Shown: positions 49,048-58,539, numbered from the stretch's first letter. The stretch is DNA of 61,583 bases from Patescibacteria group bacterium UBA2196 (GCA_002328025.1 DCVE01000010.1:1-61583), one strand, 5' to 3'. Notes: a model not told the origin generated them from the sequence alone. A program made the numbers and translations.

Positions 49048-49464
49048 ATGTATATACTTTGGCAAAATTTAGGCAATTTACTATCAGTTGGTTATTGGTT
49101 TAATTTGCACCCCGATCCTTTTTTAGGCGTAGTATTAAAAATTTTATACATTTTTTTTGGCGCACTTTTACTAGCTGGCATAGTATTGCGTGTGTTGTCA
49201 CGAAAAAATAGTCGCAATATACCCATTAAAAAAATTTACGAAAAATTTTATTATTTTTTTTCCACCCTAGCTGTGATTGGTCTGGTGTTAATGTTTTTTC
49301 GCCAACAGCAGGTTTTGTTTTTAGGTGCACCGTTTTGGTTTTTAATTTGGTTGTTGGCTTTTGGGGTTTGGTTATTTTTTACCTTACGTTATGCTTTGGT
49401 CAAGGCACCCAAGTTGCAGCAACAAATTGCCTTAAAAAAAGAACTGAGTAAATATTTGCCGTAA
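49048..49464 (+). CDS. integral membrane protein, function unknown
   Basis: 138-aa ORF with 4 hydrophobic helices. Confidence 0.45.
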   Translation: MYILWQNLGNLLSVGYWFNLHPDPFLGVVLKILYIFFGALLLAGIVLRVLSRKNSRNIPIKKIYEKFYYFFSTLAVIGLVLMFFRQQQVLFLGAPFWFLIWLLAFGVWLFFTLRYALVKAPKLQQQIALKKELSKYLP

Positions 49465-49474
49465 TTTTTTTCCT

Positions 49475-51778
49475 ATGCTCAAAAAAAATTCGGGCCATGC
49501 TTATTTTTTGATTATTTTTTTTGTCGCGTTTTTTGCGACTTTTTGTTTTTTAAATCATACCAACGCGGTCGGGAAGATTAATATCAACACATCCACCATC
49601 GAGGAGTTAGATTCCTTGCCAGGTATAGGTTTAGTTAAGGCAGGAGACATAATCACTTATCGGACTCAAAATGGTGCTTTTCAAAAAATTGAGGACCTGA
49701 TGAAAGTGCCTGGTATTGGTCAGTTAACTTTTGAAGGTTTAAAAGATTTTATAACTGTCGGTGTTGAAGATGTCGATGATATTGATAATTCTGCCACCAC
49801 AACTCCACTTTTTTATTCCAATGCCATTGTTATTAATGAAATTTTATCCAATCCCACAGATAGTGATGATTTTGAATGGATTGAACTATTTAATCCCAGC
49901 CCCGAAGACGTTGATTTGGCGGGCTGGCAGGTTACTGATGCTAGTAATAAATTTTTTACCATAACCATTAATACAGTATCCACGACCGTCATTAATGCTG
50001 GTGGTTATTTTATTTTAGATAAAAGTCTGACCAACATCTCTCTTAATAACACGGGTGGTGATCTGGTAAAACTTTTTCAGCCTGATGGTAATTTATTACA
50101 CCAAGTCAGCTATAACGATGACGCCAAAGATGATTATGCTTGGGCCAGAAACACGGTTGGTGATTATGTGTGGACCACCACGCCAACTAAAAACGCTAAT
50201 AATATAATTACTACCCCTTTGCCGGTAGCCACCGGTGACGGAGGTGGTAGAGGAATTCAGTCTAATACAAACGTCAGTCAAAATAATAATCAGCAAAATA
50301 ATCAGACACAAAAAGAAAATCTCGATTCAGAGTACAAAAATAAAATTTTTATTACCGAAATAATGCCTGATCCATTTGGTTTGGATGATGGTTGCGAATG
50401 GTTGGAGATCTATAATACCACCACCGCCGAGGTTGTATTAGATAACTGGGTTTTGAAAGATAATTTGGGGCAGTTAGTTTTTAAAAATACAAAAATTAAA
50501 GCCCAAAGTTTTTTGGTAGTAATTTTGGAGAGCAGTAAAATTAGTTTAAACAATTATGGTGGGGAAGTTATAACGCTTTTTGACCATGATCAGAAACAGG
50601 TGGCAGTAGTTAATTATAAGAAAACCGAAGAGGGCAAAAGCTACAATCTTTGTCGTGGGCAATTTGTTTGGTTAAGCACGATTACTCCCGGTGATGGTAA
50701 CCAGTGTCCGCCAGAAAATACTGATCCTCTGGCCTATTTTGAAGCATCTAGCGAAGAATTTTTGGTGGGTGAAGAGGTGATTTTTTATGCTGGTGAAAGT
50801 TATGATAAAGATGGTCAAATAAAAAAGTATGTTTGGAATTTCAGTCAAGAAGTTATGGCCGGTAATGATGTTGGAAAAAATTTTATTTTAAGTGTGCCAA
50901 CTATTAAATTAAAATTTATACAAGCAGGTAAAAATAAAATTGCACTGACTGTCGTTGACAACTTAACTGGGCAAAATCAATACAGTCAAGAAATTAATGT
51001 AAAAGCCGTAGCAAATGGCTCAATTATGGAAACCAAAAAAACAGTCACACCAAAAAAGACAGCCGCCTCAAATTATGTTTTATATAAATCAGTTAAGCTA
51101 GAAGATGTCAAAGAACTTGCCGTGGGTCAAAAAGTTATTACGCAAGGTGTGGTGGCTGTAGAGCCCGGGGTTTTAGGGGCTAACATTTTCTATGTGGCCG
51201 GTTCTGGCATACAGGTTTATATGTACAGTAAAGATTTTCCAGCGCTTAATGTTGGTGATCGAATTGAGATCAAGGGCGAAATAAGCCAGGCTTATGGTGA
51301 AAAAAGAATTAAGATTAGCAAAAAAGGCGACATTAAAAGTTTGGGTGAGCAGGAAATTCCTCAGCCGCACGTTATTGATTTAAGCGAAACTGAAGAGTGG
51401 GTTGGTTCTTTGGTTGAAATTAAGGGTGAGGTCACGGCCATTCAGGGTGGTAATTTTTGGCTAGATGATAATATGGGTGAGGTACGGATTTATATCAAAA
51501 ACACCACAGATATAAAGTTTAATGAATTAAATTTAAAAGTTGGTGATCAAATCACTGTGGTGGGTATTTTATCGCCCAGTAATGCCGAGTTACGTCTTCT
51601 ACCACGCGCCATGACTGATTTAAAAATTGAACGCGTATTAGGCGTCAGTGACACCCCAACACAAAAAGGCACCGTCTGGAAAGACTATCTTATTGTCACC
51701 TTGATTGCCATCATCTTAGTGATTATAATATTAATTTTAAAAATGCGTAAAAAAACCGGCTTCTCGTCAGATTTGTAA
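49475..51778 (+). CDS. ComEA-like HhH DNA-binding protein fused to two lamin-tail domains, a PKD-like domain and an OB-fold-like region; C-terminal TM anchor
   Basis: HhH pair LDSLPGIGLVKA..LMKVPGIG; LTD signatures INEILSNP..FEWIELFNP and ITEIMPDP..CEWLEIYN; final hydrophobic helix LIVTLIAIILVIIILIL. Confidence 0.7.
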   Translation: MLKKNSGHAYFLIIFFVAFFATFCFLNHTNAVGKININTSTIEELDSLPGIGLVKAGDIITYRTQNGAFQKIEDLMKVPGIGQLTFEGLKDFITVGVEDVDDIDNSATTTPLFYSNAIVINEILSNPTDSDDFEWIELFNPSPEDVDLAGWQVTDASNKFFTITINTVSTTVINAGGYFILDKSLTNISLNNTGGDLVKLFQPDGNLLHQVSYNDDAKDDYAWARNTVGDYVWTTTPTKNANNIITTPLPVATGDGGGRGIQSNTNVSQNNNQQNNQTQKENLDSEYKNKIFITEIMPDPFGLDDGCEWLEIYNTTTAEVVLDNWVLKDNLGQLVFKNTKIKAQSFLVVILESSKISLNNYGGEVITLFDHDQKQVAVVNYKKTEEGKSYNLCRGQFVWLSTITPGDGNQCPPENTDPLAYFEASSEEFLVGEEVIFYAGESYDKDGQIKKYVWNFSQEVMAGNDVGKNFILSVPTIKLKFIQAGKNKIALTVVDNLTGQNQYSQEINVKAVANGSIMETKKTVTPKKTAASNYVLYKSVKLEDVKELAVGQKVITQGVVAVEPGVLGANIFYVAGSGIQVYMYSKDFPALNVGDRIEIKGEISQAYGEKRIKISKKGDIKSLGEQEIPQPHVIDLSETEEWVGSLVEIKGEVTAIQGGNFWLDDNMGEVRIYIKNTTDIKFNELNLKVGDQITVVGILSPSNAELRLLPRAMTDLKIERVLGVSDTPTQKGTVWKDYLIVTLIAIILVIIILILKMRKKTGFSSDL

Positions 51779-51818
51779 TAGGATTGAATTTTTTTATTTT
51801 TTAGTCCATGTATTATCT

Positions 51819-52478
51819 ATGCGTTTCGATATTATCACAATTTTTCCACAACTGTTTGATTCTTTTTTAGATGCTAGTTTAATTAAGAAAGCGGCCGATA
51901 AAAAGATCAGTCATTTTAAGGTGCATAATTTAAGAGATTGGGCTTTTGATAAACACAAAAAAGCTGATGATCGGCCGTTTGGTGGTGGGGCGGGTATGAT
52001 ATTGAAACCAGAGCCATTGTTTAAAGCCATTAAAGCCATTAGATGTAAAAACAAGAAAACTAACACCAAAGTCGTTTTACTAGCACCGGCCGGACGTCCT
52101 TTTAATCAACACATGGCAAAGAACTGGCTTAAAAACGATCAGATCATCCTAATTTGTGGTCGTTATGAGGGTGTTGATGCGCGAGTAGAAAAAATTATAG
52201 ATGAAAAAATTTCCATTGGACCATATGTTTTGTCGGGCGGTGAAGTTGCAGCCATGGTAGTTATGGAAGCTGTAGTTAGATTGGTACCAGGCTACATGGG
52301 TAATCCAGCTTCATTAAACGAAGAAACATTTGAGCAGGATTTATATGAATATCCACAATACACTCGACCAGAGAGTTTAAAAGTGGCTGGTAAAAATTAT
52401 ACAGTCCCCAAAGTTCTATTGTCTGGAGATCACCAAAAGATCATAGTCTGGCGTCAAAAACACAGAAGAAAGATATAA
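51819..52478 (+). CDS. trmD: tRNA (guanine37-N1)-methyltransferase
   Basis: MRFDIITIFP..F, DD.PFGGG.GM, GRYEG.D.R, LSGDH. Confidence 0.9.
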   Translation: MRFDIITIFPQLFDSFLDASLIKKAADKKISHFKVHNLRDWAFDKHKKADDRPFGGGAGMILKPEPLFKAIKAIRCKNKKTNTKVVLLAPAGRPFNQHMAKNWLKNDQIILICGRYEGVDARVEKIIDEKISIGPYVLSGGEVAAMVVMEAVVRLVPGYMGNPASLNEETFEQDLYEYPQYTRPESLKVAGKNYTVPKVLLSGDHQKIIVWRQKHRRKI

Positions 52479-52689
52479 GTGGATAACTGGTTTTATTTCT
52501 AAGCTTTTTGAGCTAATAAAACAAACGTGTCTTGTGTCGTGGTGGATAACTTATTTGATTGAATAATAAAATAAAACTTTAATCCAAAATTTAATTAATT
52601 TTTTAACAGCCAAAATTAGCCTCTAAAAAATATTAAAAAATAGGGCGAAAAAAAATATTTTAATAAGTAATTTAAGGCATTTTTTAGTT

Positions 52690-52718
52690 TTGACGGCAGT
52701 CAAAAAAAGTGCTATAAT
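52690..52718 (+). promoter_or_regulatory. near-consensus promoter TTGACG-17-TATAAT with no ORF behind it
   Basis: Read directly from sequence; next credible CDS (53199) has its own promoter. Confidence 0.5.
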
Positions 52719-52992
52719 AAGTTTGTCAGCTATAGTTCTTTGCTCGTCGTCTTGTTCTTTCATAAAACAAAAACAAAAGAAGTATGCGCATACTTCCTTA
52801 TTTAGGAAGTAAATTTATTGCTATTCTTAAAGACCAGTTTCGACCTGGAAAAAATTTTAAAAAACAAAAATAAAAAAGTGTATCCTTATCATTTTATAAT
52901 AGGGACAACACTATAGAATGGCATTAAACAACTTTTTGGCAGTCGAAACAAAAAGTATTTCAAAAATTCCATAAGATACAAAATGCAGGAAA

Positions 52993-53118
52993 CAGGCACA
53001 CCTTTCAAGCTTATTGAGTGGGCTTTAGAGGCGTGCCTGCACCTGCTGGTCTAATGGAAGCAGGCGTCTCTGTGAGCTATAAATTATTTTATAATCGGCT
53101 CAATACTGACGCCTTTTT
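52993..53118 (+). ncRNA. candidate structured RNA domain ending in a long intrinsic terminator (class uncertain; weak SRP-RNA-like GGAAGCAG hairpin)
   Basis: CAGGCAC..GTGCCTG long-range pair, CCTGC-TGGTCTAATGGAA-GCAGG hairpin, GGCGTC..TGAGC..GCTCA..GACGCC stem plus TTTTT. Confidence 0.3.
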
Positions 53119-53198
53119 GTTTGCCTGTTGATTTATTTACTACTTAGGTTATAATTATAAAATAGAAAATATTTTAAGCTAGAAATTAGTCTATAGTT

Positions 53199-53576
53199 AT
53201 GCCTTTTGATAAAGAAAAATACAATGAATTTAAGCTAATGTTAGAGAAAAAAGCTCAAGAATTAAAAAATGCTTTGGCCGATTTTACTTTTAGCAACCCT
53301 CAAGCCAAAAATGATTATATTTCTACCATGCCTGATTATGGGGACTGTGAAGATGATAACGCTAGAGAGGTTTCAGAATATATTGATCGTAAGGCTGTTG
53401 AGGGGACATTGGAAAAGGAACTGCAGGATGTTGAGGGTGCGCTTAAAAGAATTGTTGCGGGTACCTACGGCGTATGTAAATATTGTGAGCAAGATATTGA
53501 CGAGGATCGTCTAAAAATTCGCCCCACATCTTCAGCTTGTGTGGAATGCAAGAAAAAATTTAAAGGCGAGGTTTAG
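53199..53576 (+). CDS. DksA/TraR-family C4 zinc-finger protein
   Basis: C-terminal CKYCEQDI......R...P....CVECK four-Cys finger after a helical region. Confidence 0.7.
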   Translation: MPFDKEKYNEFKLMLEKKAQELKNALADFTFSNPQAKNDYISTMPDYGDCEDDNAREVSEYIDRKAVEGTLEKELQDVEGALKRIVAGTYGVCKYCEQDIDEDRLKIRPTSSACVECKKKFKGEV

Positions 53577-53610
53577 TTTTTTAAAAACATTAAAAATAAA
53601 TTTTGTCCGT

Positions 53611-54069
53611 ATGCCCGATCACGGTCAAAAAGTTTTTTTTATCAAGCATAAGTATTTTTTGAGAGTCAGCTTTTTAGGGCTGATTCTTTTGATTGGTGAC
53701 AGGGTTTTTAAGGGTTTGGCATTAAGGGAAAAAATATTTTGGCAAAAAAATTATCACTTGGCCTTGTCATTTGATTTTTTGTCAACGCAGGATTTATTTT
53801 TTTATACCCTAGTGGGAGTTTTAATTTTGTTTGTAATTTATTGTGGCGTCCATAGTCATAGACAAAAGTTTTTTTTAGCGGCGGCTGGTTGGCTTTGGTT
53901 GTTTTTTGGTGCTTTGTCCAATATTTTTGATCGTCTAAAGTTTGGTTACGTAATTGATTATCTTAATTTTTATTTTTTTTACAACAACTTGGCTGATGTC
54001 TTAATCTGGCTGGGTTTTTTATTGGTCATTATTGGGACTTGGTATCATAATAAAAAAGTAAATGTTTAG
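53611..54069 (+). CDS. lspA: lipoprotein signal peptidase (SPase II)
   Basis: NIFDRL..GYVIDYL, 4 TM helices; start at ATG 53611. Confidence 0.75.
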   Translation: MPDHGQKVFFIKHKYFLRVSFLGLILLIGDRVFKGLALREKIFWQKNYHLALSFDFLSTQDLFFYTLVGVLILFVIYCGVHSHRQKFFLAAAGWLWLFFGALSNIFDRLKFGYVIDYLNFYFFYNNLADVLIWLGFLLVIIGTWYHNKKVNV

Positions 54070-54079
54070 AAGCGCATAT

Positions 54080-55609
54080 ATGTCGGCAAAAATTTTTTCT
54101 GCTACTACTATTGGTTTAGATTCACAGTTAATTGAGGTGGAAGCTGATATTGGTGGTGGCCAAGGCGGTCTGTTTATCATCGTCGGTTTGCCTGATGCGG
54201 CTGTTCAAGAGTCAAAAGAACGTGTTTGGTCAGCCATAAAAAATTCTGGTTTAGATTTTGCGCGTGCAAAAATTGTGGTTAATCTAGCGCCAGCCGATGT
54301 GCGCAAAGAGGGGCCTTCATATGATTTACCAATTGCTTTGAGTTTGTTGGTGGCTGCTGGTGAAGTGCGTATTTTATCAGAGGACAAAAATGCTATTTTT
54401 TTAGGCGAACTGTCTTTAGATGGACACTTACGCGGTGTTAGTGGTGTTTTGCCAATCGCTATTTTGGCCAAAGAAAAAGGTATTCAAAGAATTTTTGTAC
54501 CCGAGGCCAATGTGGAAGAAGCGTCTTTTGTGAGCGAGGTAGAAATTATGCCGGTTAAATCTTTGGCCGAATTAACTTTACATTTACGCGGTGAAAAAAA
54601 TATTATTCCTTATCAGGCCACACCCATAGCACAAGAAATACAAAACAAAGTTGATTGTGGAGTTGATATGTCTTTTATAAAAGGTCAGGAACAAGCCAAA
54701 CGAGCTTTGGAAATTGCAGCCGCTGCTGGACACAATGTTTTATTATCCGGACCACCGGGTTCTGGCAAAACCTTACTAGCCCGTGCCATGGCCTCAATTT
54801 TACCACCCCTAACGCATGACGAAATTTTAGAAGTTACCAAAATTTATTCAGTATCTGGTAAATTAAGCAAAGAAAAACCTTTAATATTAGAAAGACCTTT
54901 TCGTAGTCCACACCACACCTCTTCTGGCGTGGCTTTGGTGGGCGGTGGAACTTTTCCACGACCAGGTGAAATTAGTTTAGCTCACCGCGGTGTGCTTTTT
55001 CTAGATGAATTTCCAGAATTTACGCGTCAGGTTTTAGAAAATTTACGTCAACCACTAGAAGATGGGGTGGTAACTGTTTCGCGGGCGCAGGGCACCGTTA
55101 CTTTTCCTGCCCGTTTTACTTTGATAGCTTCACAAAATCCTTGTCCGTGCGGTTATTATTCCGATCCTGATAAAAAGTGCACCTGTAGTGTGGGACAAAT
55201 TTTAAAATATCAAAAAAAGATTTCTGGTCCACTCTTAGACCGTATTGATCTGCACATTGAAGTTCCGCGAGTAAATTTTGAAAAATTAACTTCTGATTTA
55301 CCCACCGAAAGTTCGACCACCATTCGCCAACGTGTGCAAGCCGCGCGCAAAATTCAATCCAATCGTTTTTTTGATTTAGTAATTTGTACCAATGCCGAAA
55401 TGGGTCCCAAAGAAATAAAAAGCTTTTGCGTAGTTAATGATGCTACCAAAGAATTATTAAAAAACGCAGTGCAACAACTAAATCTTTCGGCGCGCGGTTA
55501 TCATCGGGTTTTAAAAACCGCGCGCACTATTGCTGATTTGGCTGGCGTAGAAAATATTCAAATTAATCATGTGGCCGAGGCTTTGCAATATCGCACCAAA
55601 ATAGAATAG
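54080..55609 (+). CDS. YifB/ComM-family Mg-chelatase-like AAA+ ATPase
   Basis: Lon-like N-domain, Walker A GPPGSGKT, VLFLDE, ..NPCPCG zinc ribbon, LS.RGYHR.LK.ARTIADL. Confidence 0.9.
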   Translation: MSAKIFSATTIGLDSQLIEVEADIGGGQGGLFIIVGLPDAAVQESKERVWSAIKNSGLDFARAKIVVNLAPADVRKEGPSYDLPIALSLLVAAGEVRILSEDKNAIFLGELSLDGHLRGVSGVLPIAILAKEKGIQRIFVPEANVEEASFVSEVEIMPVKSLAELTLHLRGEKNIIPYQATPIAQEIQNKVDCGVDMSFIKGQEQAKRALEIAAAAGHNVLLSGPPGSGKTLLARAMASILPPLTHDEILEVTKIYSVSGKLSKEKPLILERPFRSPHHTSSGVALVGGGTFPRPGEISLAHRGVLFLDEFPEFTRQVLENLRQPLEDGVVTVSRAQGTVTFPARFTLIASQNPCPCGYYSDPDKKCTCSVGQILKYQKKISGPLLDRIDLHIEVPRVNFEKLTSDLPTESSTTIRQRVQAARKIQSNRFFDLVICTNAEMGPKEIKSFCVVNDATKELLKNAVQQLNLSARGYHRVLKTARTIADLAGVENIQINHVAEALQYRTKIE

Positions 55610-55618
55610 GGCCTAGCC

Positions 55619-55647
55619 TTGACTTTTTTCTTTTTTTGAACTATAAT
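55619..55647 (+). promoter_or_regulatory. promoter TTGACT-17-TATAAT for nusA
   Basis: Read directly from sequence. Confidence 0.55.
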
Positions 55648-55671
55648 TAGTTTAATGCTAGATAAAGTTTG

Positions 55672-55710
55672 AAACTCGGGATTGGATCTCCGAGTTTTCG
55701 TCTTTTTAAT
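55672..55710 (+). promoter_or_regulatory. terminator-like hairpin in nusA leader (possible attenuator)
   Basis: AAACTCGG-loop-CCGAGTTT followed by TTTTCGTCTTTTT, between promoter and nusA ATG. Confidence 0.45.
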
Positions 55711-55738
55711 ACCCGATAAATAAAATTAAATTAATACT

Positions 55739-57055
55739 ATGCCCAGTGAATTAGCGCTTGCCATCCAGCAAGTTTGTGAAGAAAAAAAATTATCCCTTGA
55801 AGCTGTCAAGCAAACCATTGAAGCAGCTTTGGCTTCGGCTTTTCGTAAAGACTTTGGTAATAAATTACAAAACCTAAAAGTAAATTTTGATCTGGAAAGT
55901 GGTTTATTTAAAGTTTATGACATAAAAACCGTAGTTGAAGATGATTTAAAAGCCGAATACGACGTTATGCGTGAGCGCATAGAAACTTTAAAAGCTGAGG
56001 CCGAACGGACTGGTGATCATGAACTCTTGAGCAAGACATTAAATGAAATGAAAAAAGAAGGTGAAGAAAATATAGAAGGCGCAGAGGAGGAGAAAAGATT
56101 TAATCCACGCACCATGATTTCTTTATCCGAAGCTCAAGCTGTGCAAGCCGCCATCAGTATAGATGAAGAATTGGTGCAGGAGTTGGTGGTGCCAGCTGAG
56201 TTTGGTCGCATGGCTGCTCAGACCGCCAAACAAGTGATTATTCAAAAAATACGCGAAGCAGAAAGAGACAATGTCTTTAGTGAATTTAAAGACAAACAAG
56301 GAGAATTAATTAACGGTACCATTCAACGGCGCGAGGGACGAGTGGTTTTGGTTGATTTGGGTAGCGCTATGGGTGTTATGCCACCGCAAGATCAGGTGGA
56401 AAGAGAAAATTACAAACCCGGTGCGCGCTTTAAATTTTATCTAAGGGCGGTGGAACAAACGCAAAAGGGTCCCGAAGTTATTGTTTCACGCTCAGCCGCC
56501 GAAATGGTGCGCAAACTTTTTAAATTAGAAGTTCCAGAAATTGGCAACGGAACTGTGCAAATCAAATCCGTGGCGCGTGAAGCTGGCTCGCGTTCCAAAG
56601 TGGCTGTCTGGTCAAAAGATGAAAGTGTGGATCCAATTGGGGCTTGTGTTGGTCAACGTGGCACCAGAGTCCAAACCATCATTAATGAATTGGGCGGAGA
56701 AAAAGTTGATATTATTGAATGGCACGAAGATTTAAAAGATTTTATTAGCAAGGCTCTATCACCGGCAAAAATTATTGATGTTGAATTAGATGAAGAAAAT
56801 CATGTGGCCAAAGCCACGGTCAAAGAAGACCAATATTCTTTAGCCATTGGCAAGGCTGGTCAAAATGTACGTTTGGCCGCCAAGCTAACTGGCTGGCGTA
56901 TTGATATTGTGGCTGATGGCGGTTTGGCAGAATCAAGCGAGACTGTTGCCGACGCAGTGGTTGAAAGTCCAGAGATTGTGGCGGAAGAAAAACCGTCAGA
57001 TACTCCAGAAGCACAGCCTGCTGTTGAAGCGTTTAAAGACGAAGTGCTAGAATAA
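55739..57055 (+). CDS. nusA: transcription termination/antitermination factor NusA
   Basis: S1 domain (GTIQRREGRVVLVDLG), two KH domains (GACVGQRGTRVQ, AIGKAGQNVRLA); charged insertion in N-terminal domain. Confidence 0.9.
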   Translation: MPSELALAIQQVCEEKKLSLEAVKQTIEAALASAFRKDFGNKLQNLKVNFDLESGLFKVYDIKTVVEDDLKAEYDVMRERIETLKAEAERTGDHELLSKTLNEMKKEGEENIEGAEEEKRFNPRTMISLSEAQAVQAAISIDEELVQELVVPAEFGRMAAQTAKQVIIQKIREAERDNVFSEFKDKQGELINGTIQRREGRVVLVDLGSAMGVMPPQDQVERENYKPGARFKFYLRAVEQTQKGPEVIVSRSAAEMVRKLFKLEVPEIGNGTVQIKSVAREAGSRSKVAVWSKDESVDPIGACVGQRGTRVQTIINELGGEKVDIIEWHEDLKDFISKALSPAKIIDVELDEENHVAKATVKEDQYSLAIGKAGQNVRLAAKLTGWRIDIVADGGLAESSETVADAVVESPEIVAEEKPSDTPEAQPAVEAFKDEVLE

Positions 57056-57079
57056 ATATTCAAAAATATTAATTCAAAA

Positions 57080-57110
57080 ACACCCCTAAAACAAAAAAGA
57101 GGTGTTTTTG
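57080..57110 (+). terminator. intrinsic terminator after nusA
   Basis: ACACCCCT-loop-AGAGGTGT then TTTT. Confidence 0.6.
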
Positions 57111-57168
57111 TTTTTATTTGTTTAAAGCCAAAAAATTTGTTAAAATTAAAATATATAAGAATAAATTT

Positions 57169-58011
57169 ATGCTTTTTGGAACCCACATTTCAGCCGCGGG
57201 CGGAGTTGATAAAGCGCCCATTAACGCGCATAAGTTTTTATGTGAATGTTATCAATTTTTTTCTCGTTCACCCCAAGGCGGTAAAGCTCCAGAACTCAGC
57301 GCCGAAATAATAAAAAAATTTAAGGCTAATAATAAAAAATTTGGCTTTAAAGATTTTTATATTCATGCGCCTTACTATATCAACCTGGCTTCTTTGGATA
57401 ATAAAATTTATTATGGTTCCATTAGTGTTTTAAAAGAGGAGTTAGAACGCGGCTCTCTTTTGGGCGCGCAATATTTAATGACTCATCTGGGTTCAGCTAA
57501 AGAAATGGAAACCACTTTGGCCATAAAAAAAGTGGCTTTAGGTATAGAAAAAATTTTAACCGGCTACAATGGCAAGACAGAATTTTTAATTGAAATTTCG
57601 GCTGGGGCTGGAAAAATTATGGGTGATAGTTTTGAAGAAATAAAATTAATTTTAGATAATATTAATTTAGCGGCCAGAAAAAAAGTCGGTGTCTGTTTTG
57701 ACACCGCGCACGCTTTTGCTTCAGGCTATGATTTGCGCGACAAAAAAACAGTTACTAAAGTTTTTGATGTGTTTGACAAAACAATTGGTTTAAAAAAATT
57801 AAAACTCATTCATCTTAATGATTCCAAAGCTGGATTGGGTTCGCACACTGATCGGCATGCGCATTTGGGTGATGGCCAAATTGGCCTGGCTGGATTTAAA
57901 GCTTTGCTGGCTGATAAACGATTACAAAAAATTAATTTTATTTTAGAAACTCCAACTGAGGCCGGCATGCTTAAAGATATTGAGTGGCTCAAAAAAACGC
58001 GCGGCATTTAA
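57169..58011 (+). CDS. nfo: endonuclease IV (AP endonuclease, TIM barrel)
   Basis: FGTH.S..GG, HAPY..NL, CFDT.H.FA.GYD, HLNDS....GS..DRH..LG.G.IG. Confidence 0.85.
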   Translation: MLFGTHISAAGGVDKAPINAHKFLCECYQFFSRSPQGGKAPELSAEIIKKFKANNKKFGFKDFYIHAPYYINLASLDNKIYYGSISVLKEELERGSLLGAQYLMTHLGSAKEMETTLAIKKVALGIEKILTGYNGKTEFLIEISAGAGKIMGDSFEEIKLILDNINLAARKKVGVCFDTAHAFASGYDLRDKKTVTKVFDVFDKTIGLKKLKLIHLNDSKAGLGSHTDRHAHLGDGQIGLAGFKALLADKRLQKINFILETPTEAGMLKDIEWLKKTRGI

Positions 58012-58025
58012 TTTTTTAAAATAGC

Positions 58026-58253
58026 ATGACCATCCAAATCAAAGTTATTCCCAGATCAAAAATTAATCAGGTGGTAAAATTTGATAATGGTCATTATAAA
58101 GTTAAAGTTACAGCCGTGGCCGAGCATGGGCGGGCCAACGAAAAGGTACGCGAAGTTTTGGCTGAATATTTTAAAGTCAAAAAATATCAGGTTGAAATTT
58201 TAAGCGGTTTTACCATTCCGGATAAGTTTGTAAAAATAGAGGTAGTCAGTTAA
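58026..58253 (+). CDS. DUF167 (YggU-like) protein
   Basis: V.V...A..G.AN..V...LA..F.V.K..V.I..G pattern. Confidence 0.6.
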   Translation: MTIQIKVIPRSKINQVVKFDNGHYKVKVTAVAEHGRANEKVREVLAEYFKVKKYQVEILSGFTIPDKFVKIEVVS

Positions 58254-58459
58254 TTTGACTGTTTTTCTACAAGTATTATAATTAAATTAGCTACAAGTTA
58301 CAGTCAAAAGGTAACTTTTAAACTCACAAAAAACGGGTTCACGCAAGACCCGGGTATGCCGAAAGTTATATTAATGAACACGATGCAAGAGTCAGAGAAA
58401 TATTTTTAAAATCAGGTCGTGGTCGAGAAGTTATTAAAAAACAATTGTGCAGTACACTT

Positions 58460-58534
58460 GCGGGTATCGTATAACAGCTATTATGCCACCTTGCCAAGGT
58501 GGAGAAACGGGTGCGATTCCCGTTACCCGCTCCA
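58460..58534 (+). tRNA. tRNA-Gly(GCC), CCA encoded, atypical D- and T-loops
   Basis: Anticodon arm CCACC-TTGCCAA-GGTGG; T-loop TGCGATT (G at position 55); D-loop has G18 but C at 19; ends TACCCGCTCCA. Confidence 0.7.
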
Positions 58535-58539
58535 AAAAA

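Noticed and set aside
52784-52873. 29-codon ORF MRILPYLGSKFIAILKDQFRPGKNFKKQK
   Set aside because: It has only a weak purine stretch for an SD, and its start lies inside an 18-bp palindrome. This is more likely RNA structure.
52725-53118. Possibility that the about 400-nt orphan transcript is RNase P RNA or tmRNA
   Set aside because: It lacks the GGAAAGUCCGGGC and ACAGAAC..GGCUUA type RNase P motifs. It also has no tRNA-like acceptor/T-arm ends or tag ORF expected for tmRNA.
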